DNA of 64,000 nucleotides. Origin: an uncultured virus (IMG/VR IMGVR_UViG_3300028422_001054) (Duplodnaviria; Heunggongvirae; Uroviricota; Caudoviricetes). Below, one piece after another: positions 49,459 to 58,866 of the stretch. Position 1 is the stretch's first letter. Every line of letters begins with the position of its first letter. The position numbers and the translations under genes are program-made. The stretch lies in the IMG/VR virus record IMGVR_UViG_3300028422_001054. One strand, given 5' to 3'. Under the pieces are notes generated by a model. The model ran no database searches. It saw nothing but the letters and a program-made list of their open reading frames with translations, and was not told the DNA's origin.

Positions 49459-49670
49459 TTTTTTAAAAAGACTCGATGAAGTATACGCTAAAGATTTTAC
49501 ATTTAGTATTAAAGAGTTTATAGATTATAATAACACTAAAGTTACTTGTACATGTTCTAAAGGGCATATTACTTTGAAACGTTCTAAGGACCTTTTATAT
49601 ATCTAATCTACGAAATCATCTTAGAGGTGTGACCAAACAATGCAGTGGCTGGAAGCTTGAAAAAATATAA
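49442..49670 (+). pseudogene. Remnant of a homing-endonuclease-like gene
   Basis: MKGRHNFLKRL..VY...NTKVTCTCSKGH (stop 49606) abutting out-of-frame SNLRNHLRGVTKQCSGWKL (NUMOD-like tail). Confidence 0.5.
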
Positions 49671-49688
49671 TAAAACAAAGGAGATATT

Positions 49689-50180
49689 TTGACGATAGAT
49701 GATATTAAGAAAAATGAAGCCATAAAAATTAAGAATCTTCATATTAAGAATACAGAGAATCTAAAGAACTTAGAATTAAAAATAAACTCTTTGAGCAATG
49801 CGTTATCAATGGATTGTGATTACTTAAAGCTACGATTAGATAGAGCTAAGGAAGACTTAGTGTTAAAAGATTTTAATAAATGGGGGAATGCTTACAGTTT
49901 TGTAAAGATTTTCTCACCACAGTTATGCTCTGTAGATGTTTTAATCGAGATGGAAAAGGTGTATTTAAAAGAAAGTACTCTTTTTAAGAATAAAAAAGAC
50001 TTCGATAAATGGTTTCTAGATATACTAGACTATAAGCACGATGGTGCCTTAAGGTTGAAGTTTATTGAGGGGGATCATTATTTAGTGCATACTGTCCATA
50101 TCCCAGAATTAGTTAAAGGAATTTTTGGAGTTTTGTATCACTTTCAAATAAGGCTTTTACGTTTATTTAGGAGGGATTAG
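49689..50180 (+). CDS. Hypothetical protein, possible paralog of 54386..54862
   Basis: AAGGAG RBS; MTIDDIKKNE...IPELVK vs MNIDDIIRNE...VPELDK. Confidence 0.6.
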   Translation: MTIDDIKKNEAIKIKNLHIKNTENLKNLELKINSLSNALSMDCDYLKLRLDRAKEDLVLKDFNKWGNAYSFVKIFSPQLCSVDVLIEMEKVYLKESTLFKNKKDFDKWFLDILDYKHDGALRLKFIEGDHYLVHTVHIPELVKGIFGVLYHFQIRLLRLFRRD

Positions 50181-50363
50181 ATGGTTGAAAAAGATTTGTT
50201 ACAAGAAGAACTAAAGAAAAAGGAAGACCTTTATAGAAGCTTGTTATTGAAAGCATGTTTTAATAAAAAGTCTTACTATAACTCCGATACTTCTTCTACA
50301 GAAATATCTCTTATTAGAGAGGAAATAGAAATATTAAAAGATCAGCTTAAGGAGTATTCATGA
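50181..50363 (+). CDS. Small coiled-coil protein
   Basis: GGAGG RBS; abuts both neighbours. Confidence 0.55.
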   Translation: MVEKDLLQEELKKKEDLYRSLLLKACFNKKSYYNSDTSSTEISLIREEIEILKDQLKEYS

Positions 50364-50899
50364 TTTTAGCGATTACAGGATTTACTGCAAGTGGCAAAGA
50401 TACTTTAGCAACGGAGCTTGCAAAGTACTTTCGTTTAGTGAAACCAACGACGTCACGTCCTCGAAGAGATGGGGAGATAGATACTTATCATTTTATCTCT
50501 TCGGACCAGTTTAAAAGCGATGTTGAGCAAGAGAAGTTCCTAGAGTATAGAGCTTACGATGTTAATTATAGAGGTGTTAAAGATACGTGGTATTATGGTA
50601 CCTCCTATAAAGAACTTAGCGATGATATTAATATTGTGATTACTGATATCGATGGTTTAAAATCTTTTAAGAACTCTGATTATATTGTAAAGTCGTTGTT
50701 CCTGGATGTGGATATTAGCCTTAGATTAGAGAGATGTAAATCTCGAGGAGACTTTGATGTGGTCGAGTTCTCGAGAAGATTAAAGGATGATTTGGTTAAA
50801 TATCCTTCAGAGGTAGTATCCTCAGAAGTTGACGTTATTCTTGTAAATCCAACAATTGAAGAAGCTGTTGAAGCTGCAATGGATCTTGTGTGCGAGTAA
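50360..50899 (+). CDS. gmk: Guanylate kinase
   Basis: G..ASGKDT, TTSRPRRDGE..YHF, FLEY, YYGT, RGD. Confidence 0.88.
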   Translation: MILAITGFTASGKDTLATELAKYFRLVKPTTSRPRRDGEIDTYHFISSDQFKSDVEQEKFLEYRAYDVNYRGVKDTWYYGTSYKELSDDINIVITDIDGLKSFKNSDYIVKSLFLDVDISLRLERCKSRGDFDVVEFSRRLKDDLVKYPSEVVSSEVDVILVNPTIEEAVEAAMDLVCE

Positions 50900-51291
50900 T
50901 TGTTGCTGGAGGTAGGGATAAGCATCTTAGCTCAAACAATAAAACTATGCTTTTAGAGTTTGTTACCAAAGGAATCATTACAGAGTTAGTTTGTGGCATG
51001 GCATCAGGCATAGATCTAGAAGCCTATAGTCTTTTAAAGGACTATGTGAGTATAAAAGAGTTCCCAGCAAATTGGTATGATTTAGATACAAGACCCTGTA
51101 AAATAAAAGTCAATTCTCGAGGTAAGCGGTATAATGCGTTAGCAGGTTTTAATAGAAACAAGCTTATGGCTGAATATGCTGATGGGGTTATATTGTTTGA
51201 TGGGGGTAATGGAACCTCTAATATGTATCAACTATCATTAGAGTACGATTTAAATATTCTATATAATATCTCAGATGGAGGACAGTATTGA
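50890..51291 (+). CDS. YspA/SLOG-family protein
   Basis: VIVAGGR, V.GMA.G.D, FPA.W, AG..RN..MAEYAD...F.G..GT..M. Confidence 0.85.
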   Translation: MRVIVAGGRDKHLSSNNKTMLLEFVTKGIITELVCGMASGIDLEAYSLLKDYVSIKEFPANWYDLDTRPCKIKVNSRGKRYNALAGFNRNKLMAEYADGVILFDGGNGTSNMYQLSLEYDLNILYNISDGGQY

Positions 51292-51950
51292 TTGTAATAG
51301 GTGATGTTCACGGTAGTTTTAAAACGTTAAAGGCTCTAATAGATAAGTTACCACATAAAAATATAGCTTTAACCGGAGATCTTGTAGACAGAGGTTCGAT
51401 GTCTGCTGAGGTTGTTTTCTTTGTAAGAAAAAATGGATTTAAGTGTGTTAAAGGTAATCATGAAGATATGATGGTTAAAGGTTTTTCTGGTAGATATCCT
51501 GACAAATTACTTTGGGAGCAGAACGGAGGGTTAGCTACTAAAAATAGCTATAAGACTGTTCCTAAAAGGTTATTGAACGATGACTTGCTCTGGATGAGTG
51601 AACTACCTCTCTACATAGAGTATAGGTCTTCTGAAGGTCAAGATTTTATCATATCACATTCTAATATCAACTTCGTATGGGATATGCAACGTTCTCATCC
51701 GAACATTTTTGAAAATAATGCTTTATGGTCAAGAGAGTTTCATCGACCTGGAACCGAGGATCGAGCTTTTAATAAAATAAATATTATAGGACATACTCCT
51801 GTAGAGACTGTTGCTAAAATGGGGTCCTTAGTCTTAATAGATACGGGTTGTGTTTATGGTAAAAGTACAGGATATGGTGTCTTATCAGCGTATGATTTAG
51901 AAACAGGTATTGTTTATAGTCAGCATAACATAGATACTCCACAAAATTAG
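51288..51950 (+). CDS. Metallophosphoesterase, PPP Ser/Thr phosphatase-like
   Basis: GDVHG, GDLVDRG, GNHE, GHTP, IDTG. Confidence 0.92.
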   Translation: MIVIGDVHGSFKTLKALIDKLPHKNIALTGDLVDRGSMSAEVVFFVRKNGFKCVKGNHEDMMVKGFSGRYPDKLLWEQNGGLATKNSYKTVPKRLLNDDLLWMSELPLYIEYRSSEGQDFIISHSNINFVWDMQRSHPNIFENNALWSREFHRPGTEDRAFNKINIIGHTPVETVAKMGSLVLIDTGCVYGKSTGYGVLSAYDLETGIVYSQHNIDTPQN

Positions 51951-51960
51951 TAGTCTTTAG

Positions 51961-51989
51961 TTGACATACATCCTACTAAATGTTACAAT
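51961..51989 (+). promoter_or_regulatory. Sigma70-type promoter
   Basis: TTGACA-N17-TACAAT with TG at the extended -10 position. Confidence 0.8.
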
Positions 51990-52012
51990 AAGTATATTTA
52001 GTAGGAGGTTAT

Positions 52013-52369
52013 ATGACAAAAGTTCAATCAGCGGAAGAATCTGAAAAATATCTATTAAATGTTACCGGGCTGTCTAGTATACAGCTCGATTATGTCGTTA
52101 TGGAATATCTCTTCCATAAAGGTCGAATCGATCATCAATATATTAACAAAATTATGACTAATTTCGTAGCTGGTCTTAATTCTCTAAGGGACGAAGAGTG
52201 TCAGGGAAGAGCTGATGCAGAAACTACGGCAATAGCAGCATTGCACATGATTGATAAAAACAGAATTTGTTTGAAAAAGAATGCTCCATGGGTAAGCGTT
52301 ATTAAAAGATACTTATCAAACTTTAAAAGCGTTAATTTACGAGGAATTAATGAAAAATTTTTAAAATGA
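52013..52369 (+). CDS. Hypothetical protein
   Basis: AGGAGG RBS. Confidence 0.7.
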   Translation: MTKVQSAEESEKYLLNVTGLSSIQLDYVVMEYLFHKGRIDHQYINKIMTNFVAGLNSLRDEECQGRADAETTAIAALHMIDKNRICLKKNAPWVSVIKRYLSNFKSVNLRGINEKFLK

Positions 52370-52418
52370 TTTTTGAAGTTAGTATTAAGCCATAGTATTC
52401 AAAAGAGGAGAAGATAAT

Positions 52419-53720
52419 ATGAAGTTTACTTTAGAAGAATTAAATAGAATGATGAAAGATAAGGATGGAAATTTAGATTTAAGACATACTCAAATTACAT
52501 CATTACCAAAAGGGTTAACGGTTGGAGGATATTTAGATTTAAGAAATACTCCAATTAAATCATTACCTGAAGGGTTAACCGTTGGAAGAAACTTAGATTT
52601 AGAAGATACTAAAATTAAATCGTTACCAGAAGGGTTAAAAGTAAGGGGATATTTAGATTTAAGCAATACTCCAATTACATCATTACCAGAGGGGTTAACC
52701 GTTGGAGGTAACTTAGATTTAAGAAATACTAAAATTAAATCGTTACCTGAAGGGTTAACCGTTGGAGATAGCTTAGATTTAAGTAATACTCCAATTACAA
52801 CATTACCAGAAAGGTTAACGATTGGAGGATATCTAACTTTAGAAAATACTCAAATTAAATCGTTACCGAAAGGCTTAAAAGTTGGAGGAGGTTTATATTT
52901 AAGCAATACTCCAATTACATCGTTACCAGAAGGGTTAACAGTTAAAGGATATCTAGATTTAAGCTATACTTCAATTATATCATTACCTAATGGGTTAAAG
53001 GTTGAAGGTTGGTTAGATTTAAGAAATACTAAAATTAAATCGTTACCAGAAGGGTTAACGGTTGGAGGTAGTTTATATCTAAGAAATACTCAAATTAAAT
53101 CATTGCCTAAAGGATTAACTGTTGGAAGAGACTTATTTTTAAGATATACTCAAATTACATCATTACCAGAAGGATTAACCGTTGGAAGAGACTTATATTT
53201 AAAAGGTACTAAAATTAAATCGTTGCCAAGAGATTTAAAAGTTGGTGGAAAAATCTATAGTGATTTACCAGAAAGTGAATTAAACTATACAAAACTTCAA
53301 CAAGGTGATTATGTTGAAGCTGCATACCTATATGCCGATGAAATATTCACTCACATTAAATCTAAAAAATCTTTTGATAAATACACATATTATATTGGTA
53401 AAATTAAAGATAAAAATGTACTTTATGATGGTACATATTATGCACATTGTGAAAACATCAAACAAGGAATTGAGGACATTAACTTCAAACATGCTAAAGA
53501 TAGAGGATCAGAGCAATACAGAAATCTAAAGTTATCAAGTACTTTATCTTTTGAAGAATCTAAAACAATGTTCAGGGTTTTAACCGGTGCTTGTAGGCAA
53601 GGTACTGAAAGTTTTATTGAAAATTTGAAAGAAGTACAAGATCAGTATACTATTCAGGAATTACTAGATTTGTCTGTTAATCAGTATGGTCATGAAACTT
53701 TTAAGAAGTTTTTTAGGTAA
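52419..53720 (+). CDS. 20-aa LRR-repeat protein, copy 4 (13 repeats, 433 aa)
   Basis: Same architecture as copies 1-3; GAGGAG RBS. Confidence 0.9.
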   Translation: MKFTLEELNRMMKDKDGNLDLRHTQITSLPKGLTVGGYLDLRNTPIKSLPEGLTVGRNLDLEDTKIKSLPEGLKVRGYLDLSNTPITSLPEGLTVGGNLDLRNTKIKSLPEGLTVGDSLDLSNTPITTLPERLTIGGYLTLENTQIKSLPKGLKVGGGLYLSNTPITSLPEGLTVKGYLDLSYTSIISLPNGLKVEGWLDLRNTKIKSLPEGLTVGGSLYLRNTQIKSLPKGLTVGRDLFLRYTQITSLPEGLTVGRDLYLKGTKIKSLPRDLKVGGKIYSDLPESELNYTKLQQGDYVEAAYLYADEIFTHIKSKKSFDKYTYYIGKIKDKNVLYDGTYYAHCENIKQGIEDINFKHAKDRGSEQYRNLKLSSTLSFEESKTMFRVLTGACRQGTESFIENLKEVQDQYTIQELLDLSVNQYGHETFKKFFR

Positions 53721-53873
53721 AAAGAGTGTTTTAGCATTCCTATTATGTGTACTGTACTAGTAATGATTATGTAAACATTTTCGGTAAAATTAGGCATTAA
53801 AGGTCTTACTAGTAGTATTTTTTTAAGAATGCTTATACACTACGTTAGCAGGTTTATGATGAAAGGAGTTTAA

Positions 53874-54371
53874 ATGAAAAAACTAATAATTTTATGGTTT
53901 ATTGGAAGTAATATTTTTGCAAATACAATTACTTCTAGTATAGAAACTACTACGACAACCCTTGTTGTAACAACTACAGAAAAAGGAGTAATTATCTTTG
54001 AAGAAGAAATCTATCTCTTCTCCTTAGATAAGTCTAGAGCAGCTCGTTTAAAAAATATTATAGAAGGTTATAAAGAGCTTAATTCATTAGCGGATAAAGC
54101 TAATTATATATCGTATATGCCTAAAGGTATGAGGTCCTATGATAATAAATACTTACAGTTTTCTTATAGACATTCAGCAAAAGATGACGCCTCATTTTTG
54201 ATACTAACTGTAGATTTAGGGAGCTATAAAGCTTACAAAGCCCCTTTCACAATAGTTGCGACACTAGAACAGTGGGAGGCTATTATGTTAACTTTAGATC
54301 AAGGCTTTTCTTATATGGATGAAATCTCTAGCGAAGTCTTAAAGTTAAGAGCTATAGAGAACGAGATTTAA
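53874..54371 (+). CDS. Exported protein
   Basis: MKKLIILWFIGSNIFA signal peptide. Confidence 0.65.
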   Translation: MKKLIILWFIGSNIFANTITSSIETTTTTLVVTTTEKGVIIFEEEIYLFSLDKSRAARLKNIIEGYKELNSLADKANYISYMPKGMRSYDNKYLQFSYRHSAKDDASFLILTVDLGSYKAYKAPFTIVATLEQWEAIMLTLDQGFSYMDEISSEVLKLRAIENEI

Positions 54372-54385
54372 GCAAAGGAGCTTTT

Positions 54386-54862
54386 ATGAATATAGACGAT
54401 ATTATTCGTAACGAAGAAGTTTTAGATCAGCAGAGATTAGATAAAAAATGTGAATTACACAAGGTTCTTGAAGAAGAGCTTCCTAAATGTGCTGCTAAAG
54501 TAAATAGAAGATTTTTCACAGAATTGAGTAGGCTTACTCGTGGAGACTTTAATAGGGCAGGATGTGTAACATTTACATTACCAATTTACCTTGATTTACC
54601 TGATAATCTACATTCCATGCTTTTGCGAGAAACTTTTATGATAAAGAAGTATCCTTATAACGTTAGAATAAAGGATTATCAAGAACTTAGTACCTTAGTT
54701 GTTAAAGCGTTAAAACTTAACTTACAAGATAATTTAACATTAGAGCTCCTCGAGGAATCTCGATGTATTCACCTAACTATAAAAGGTTATGTTCCTGAAT
54801 TAGATAAACGATTATGCGGAAGATTAAAACAATTGCTACGCAGAAATAGGAGAGTTAAATGA
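54386..54862 (+). CDS. Hypothetical protein
   Basis: AAGGAG RBS. Confidence 0.65.
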   Translation: MNIDDIIRNEEVLDQQRLDKKCELHKVLEEELPKCAAKVNRRFFTELSRLTRGDFNRAGCVTFTLPIYLDLPDNLHSMLLRETFMIKKYPYNVRIKDYQELSTLVVKALKLNLQDNLTLELLEESRCIHLTIKGYVPELDKRLCGRLKQLLRRNRRVK

Positions 54863-55401
54863 ATTATTTAGAAATAGAACGTAAATGGCTTATTACGTTG
54901 GAAGCTTACAACAAATTAACAGAAAAACCTGTGAAAGTTAACTTTTTACATCAGTTTTATGTCAATCCTATGAATACAGGTAATACTGTAATTAGGTATC
55001 GATCTGATATTACCTATAGCTATGACAACGATTATAAGCTTACTAATGTAAGTGTTCCGAAATATTATCAGACCATAAAAACAGGATCTGGTTTGCTTCG
55101 AGAAGAGTTTGAAGTAGAGATTTCTGAGAGTTTTTGGAAAGAAGCTTTAAACTTCATACCTAGCCCGAGACAAGAAGTTATAAAAACTCGAATTGTTACG
55201 GAAGAGGGTTATGAGGTGGACAAGTACTTTAATAGATTAGAAGGCTTGCATACAGTAGAGAAAGAATTCGCTTCTATAGAAGATGCGTCTAAGTTTACAG
55301 CTCCAAGTTTATTTGGAGAAGAGGTTACAGATAAAATGTACTACGGCAATGCTCATTTAGCAACATTGTCTGATGGAACATTTAAGAAGGGTATTTCATG
55401 A
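54859..55401 (+). CDS. CYTH (triphosphate tunnel) domain protein
   Basis: EIERKW (ExExK), TIK.G.GL.REE.E, IKTR, EVD, VE.EF, EVT....Y.N..LA. Confidence 0.88.
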   Translation: MNYLEIERKWLITLEAYNKLTEKPVKVNFLHQFYVNPMNTGNTVIRYRSDITYSYDNDYKLTNVSVPKYYQTIKTGSGLLREEFEVEISESFWKEALNFIPSPRQEVIKTRIVTEEGYEVDKYFNRLEGLHTVEKEFASIEDASKFTAPSLFGEEVTDKMYYGNAHLATLSDGTFKKGIS

Positions 55402-55853
55402 GTTATATTTTAGCAATGATTATCGGGCATTTTGTAGGAGATTATCTTTTCCAAACAAGCAAAATGGCGGCAAACAAAAATAAGAGAAAGCTATTAGGAT
55501 GGGGCTGGGCTATTTTTCATGGTTTGGTTTACAGTTTTATGGTGGTGTTAGTTATGGTATACTTTTATCCTGAGCTTTTAGCAGATTTTAGGATTATTTT
55601 ATTTTGGGGATTTACCTGGATAACTCATGCACTAATAGATCATTATTCTTTTGCCAAGCATTGGAGTATATTTATGGCCTCTGATACTTTACCAAACTTT
55701 AACGATGACCTTATTTCTAAGTATGAGTATCCTAGAACTACAGCAGAAATTTTTAAGATTTCTTTTACCTCTGTAGTATATATTGTGGTTGATAATACTT
55801 GGCATATTGTTTTACAATCAGTTTTTCTAATTGAAACTTTTGGGAGATTTTAA
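55398..55853 (+). CDS. DUF3307-like membrane protein
   Basis: GHFVGDYLFQ...MA..K, H...Y, TH..ID, DN..H. Confidence 0.8.
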   Translation: MSYILAMIIGHFVGDYLFQTSKMAANKNKRKLLGWGWAIFHGLVYSFMVVLVMVYFYPELLADFRIILFWGFTWITHALIDHYSFAKHWSIFMASDTLPNFNDDLISKYEYPRTTAEIFKISFTSVVYIVVDNTWHIVLQSVFLIETFGRF

Positions 55854-55895
55854 AAAGACTATTGACTTAGGCATTAATACTTGCTAATGTTAGTT

Positions 55896-56285
55896 ATGAC
55901 AAAAGCCGTTTTAAAAGATCGTATAACTAAAGCACTGAAAATAAAATCAGTAAAGTACTCAGAGGAAGTTTTTTATGATTGTTTAGCGTATTTAAACTCG
56001 GAGATGATAAGCCCTCAACCTTTAGGCTTTTTTGATTTAAAAACGCCTTTAGGATTTGGGGCCCATTCTGAAAAAACTCTTGAAGATTTGTTGGAAGAAA
56101 ATCCTTATTATGTAAATTGGTTAATAAAAAATCACGTAATTGACATCTCTAATCAAGACTACAATATTATTAAAAAGAGGTTAAAGACTGTTAAGAACAG
56201 GAATATACGGCATTATACTAAAAGAGAGCCTATAGAGAAAAGAGAAAACATAAGTCTCGAGATTCAGGGCTATATTACTTTCTAG
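55896..56285 (+). CDS. Protein with ExoX C-terminal/DUF3820-like motif
   Basis: FG.H..KTL.DL....P.YV.WL; start inferred just after TTGACT-N17-TAATGT. Confidence 0.55.
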   Translation: MTKAVLKDRITKALKIKSVKYSEEVFYDCLAYLNSEMISPQPLGFFDLKTPLGFGAHSEKTLEDLLEENPYYVNWLIKNHVIDISNQDYNIIKKRLKTVKNRNIRHYTKREPIEKRENISLEIQGYITF

Positions 56286-56582
56286 AAAAATCCTTAGAAT
56301 AAGCGTATACTGTTATTGTTGCGAAAGCTGATGAATGGAGGAAGATACGAAGAGATTTTATATAAAGATAGGTATATTGCTAACTTGCCTATCTATTATT
56401 ATGCTGAGGAAATATATTTGGGTCCAACCGAATTTACGAGTGGTATTAGTGTATTTAAAACTTACCGGTATAATCTGGGGGATTACAATAAGTATTTTCT
56501 TTGTCGTGGCTTTTACTATAGGTTTTCTTAAGAGGAAATCGCTTAAAACCACTTACCTAGAGATTAAAGAGGTAATCTATAC

Positions 56583-56798
56583 ATGCTTGATTTAAAGGAA
56601 TGCTGCCAGCCAGTAACATCAAAAATTTTTAAAGTAAATGGCCGGTATTATGTTGTTGAAAAAGAAGTAAATGGGTGCCTTGGTTGTTGTTTTATTAATA
56701 ATCAAGAGCCGTGCCTTGTTTACGATACTACGAGTAAACTCTTTGCTCAGATTGGAAAATGTGCTACTACTAAGTTTATATTTAAGGAGATAGAATGA
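56583..56798 (+). CDS. Cys-rich small protein
   Basis: C.GC.F.....C.......C...IFKE; GAGGT RBS. Confidence 0.6.
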   Translation: MLDLKECCQPVTSKIFKVNGRYYVVEKEVNGCLGCCFINNQEPCLVYDTTSKLFAQIGKCATTKFIFKEIE

Positions 56799-57103
56799 AA
56801 TTATTTACAAAACTACATGCGTCTAAAACGCCTAAGCAACCACCTCTTTTCATAGAGTCTTCTGACATCTTGAAGATTATATCAGAGTCTCTTGAAATAC
56901 CTATTGATACTATCCGAAGTTTTTCACGTTTTAAGGAAGACTTAGGAGCAGATGATTTGGATTTATATGAGATTATTTACAAAATAGAGTCTTCTCACAA
57001 TTTAATATTTAGAAGGTATTGTAATTTGACAGCTATTAGTAAGTTTGTTTTAGTTCAGGATATTTACGATGACCTGTATCAGCTAGGGGTAAAAGTTATA
57101 TGA
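56795..57103 (+). CDS. Acyl-carrier-protein-like protein lacking the conserved Ser
   Basis: II.E.L.I....I...S.F.EDLGADDLD..E....IE. Confidence 0.8.
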   Translation: MKLFTKLHASKTPKQPPLFIESSDILKIISESLEIPIDTIRSFSRFKEDLGADDLDLYEIIYKIESSHNLIFRRYCNLTAISKFVLVQDIYDDLYQLGVKVI

Positions 57104-57291
57104 AAAAAATATTAAGTGTATTATTGCCCATCACCTCTCTCGTGTTTATTGCTCTTTTCATGATAGGGTCTTACGATATCCTGGTGCAAATAATGGATTT
57201 ACAGCTTCAGGCTATTAAAGATAATTGGCATTATATCGTTGGGTTTTTTATTACGTTAGTAATAAATCTTAGTTTTTTCTTAAAGAGGTAG
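57100..57291 (+). CDS. Small membrane protein
   Basis: Two hydrophobic helices; ATGA coupling. Confidence 0.6.
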   Translation: MKKILSVLLPITSLVFIALFMIGSYDILVQIMDLQLQAIKDNWHYIVGFFITLVINLSFFLKR

Positions 57292-57293
57292 TC

Positions 57294-57650
57294 ATGATTT
57301 CGCTAAATACTTTAAAAATAAACGAAGGATCTTCGTGTAAGAATTGTAATGGATCTATTTGGGTGTCAGAAGGGTTTAATCGTTTTGTATGCCCACGATG
57401 TAATGGTTCTGGTGTAGAGCCAACGGTATCTCCTGAACAGTATAAAGAAGCCTCTAATACTCTATTAGCTTTTCTTATTTTAACTAATAAAGACATCTTT
57501 ATATATATTCCTCTGGAAGATTTCCATCTCTATGTTCCAAGTCTATTATTTTATAAAGATAAGTATTACTATAATGGTATCAGAGTTAAATCATCTAAGA
57601 TAGCTAAGAAACCATGTCTAGTAAAGAACGGGTTCCGACAATATCTGTAA
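57294..57650 (+). CDS. Zinc-finger protein (CxxCxG repeats)
   Basis: CKNCNGS...CPRCNGSG. Confidence 0.65.
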   Translation: MISLNTLKINEGSSCKNCNGSIWVSEGFNRFVCPRCNGSGVEPTVSPEQYKEASNTLLAFLILTNKDIFIYIPLEDFHLYVPSLLFYKDKYYYNGIRVKSSKIAKKPCLVKNGFRQYL

Positions 57651-57691
57651 GATTTATAACTCTCATCATCTTTTTAAATTAAGGAATTAAC

Positions 57692-58798
57692 ATGCACAGT
57701 ATAAATGTCTTAAGTCTCTTTGATGGAATAAGCGGAGGAAGGCTGGCTTTTCAAAAAGCTAATATTCCTGTAAATAAATATTATAGCAGTGAGGTTGAAA
57801 AAGCTCCTATTTCGATAGCTGATAAAAATTGGCCCATGGACACGAAATACCGTCTAGGAGATGTTAGAAATATTGACATTTCTAAATTAGATAAGATTGA
57901 TATTCTTATTGGTGGAAGTCCTTGTCAATCTTTCTCGCTGGCTGGTAAACGAAATGGGATGTCTACAAAAGAAAAAATAGAAGTATTGACTTTAGAACAT
58001 TACCTTACACTAAAGTCACAAAACTTTGTTTTTGAAGGACAGTCTTACCTTTTTTGGGAATATATGAGGATTCTCAAAGAACTTCAAGCCATAAATCCTA
58101 ATGTATTGTTTTTTTTAGAAAATGTAAATATGACTAAAAAGTGGGAAAGTGTTTTAACTTCGGCAATTGGCGTAAATCCAATCAGCATTAATTCGTCTTT
58201 AGTATCTGCTCAGAATAGAAAACGTCTTTATTGGACAAATATTCCTGGAGTTACTCAACCCGAAGATAAAGGAATTCTTCTGAAGGATATTGTTCTCCCA
58301 AATACTATTCCTGTTGCATTACACAATCTCTATGGAGGTTTTAAAGAAACATCCATAAGAGTATTTGAGGGTAAATCTCCTACTATAAGAACTGCTTCAG
58401 GTGGTGGTCATATACCTTCATTTGTTACAGAAGCGTTATTACATTCTGAAAAAGCAATAGCGTATATGAATAGAACAGTTAAAGGTGGTAGAAATCCCTG
58501 GGACTTTAAGCATCATTCTGATATTAGAAATCCAAAATCAGCAGCAGTTGTAGCTAATTTCTTTAAAGGAGTTCCTTACAATGTTTTTAAAGATTGGCAT
58601 GTTATTAGAAAGTTTCATCCTATAGAGTGCGAACGGTTGCAAACTTTACCGGATAATTACACCGAAGGGGTTTCTCCAACACAACGATACTCGGCAATTG
58701 GTAATGGATGGACTATCGATGTTATTGCTCATATCTTTAAAGGTATTTTCTCTTCAAGAGAAACTATACCTACTGACAATTTTGTTTTTGGTTACTAA
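57692..58798 (+). CDS. DNA (cytosine-5)-methyltransferase
   Basis: LSLFDG, GGSPCQ, ENV, QNRKR, ERLQ, IGNGW. Confidence 0.93.
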   Translation: MHSINVLSLFDGISGGRLAFQKANIPVNKYYSSEVEKAPISIADKNWPMDTKYRLGDVRNIDISKLDKIDILIGGSPCQSFSLAGKRNGMSTKEKIEVLTLEHYLTLKSQNFVFEGQSYLFWEYMRILKELQAINPNVLFFLENVNMTKKWESVLTSAIGVNPISINSSLVSAQNRKRLYWTNIPGVTQPEDKGILLKDIVLPNTIPVALHNLYGGFKETSIRVFEGKSPTIRTASGGGHIPSFVTEALLHSEKAIAYMNRTVKGGRNPWDFKHHSDIRNPKSAAVVANFFKGVPYNVFKDWHVIRKFHPIECERLQTLPDNYTEGVSPTQRYSAIGNGWTIDVIAHIFKGIFSSRETIPTDNFVFGY

Positions 58799-58866
58799 GC
58801 TATATTTATTGTTTTATACAATAGACAAAACATTTTAAATACTATAAGCTCTTTTTATAAGGAGCT

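Noticed and set aside
56316..56595. Overlapping ORFs 56316-56531, 56335-56595 and antisense 56358-56552
   Set aside because: No clear RBS or motif to choose a frame; left uncalled.
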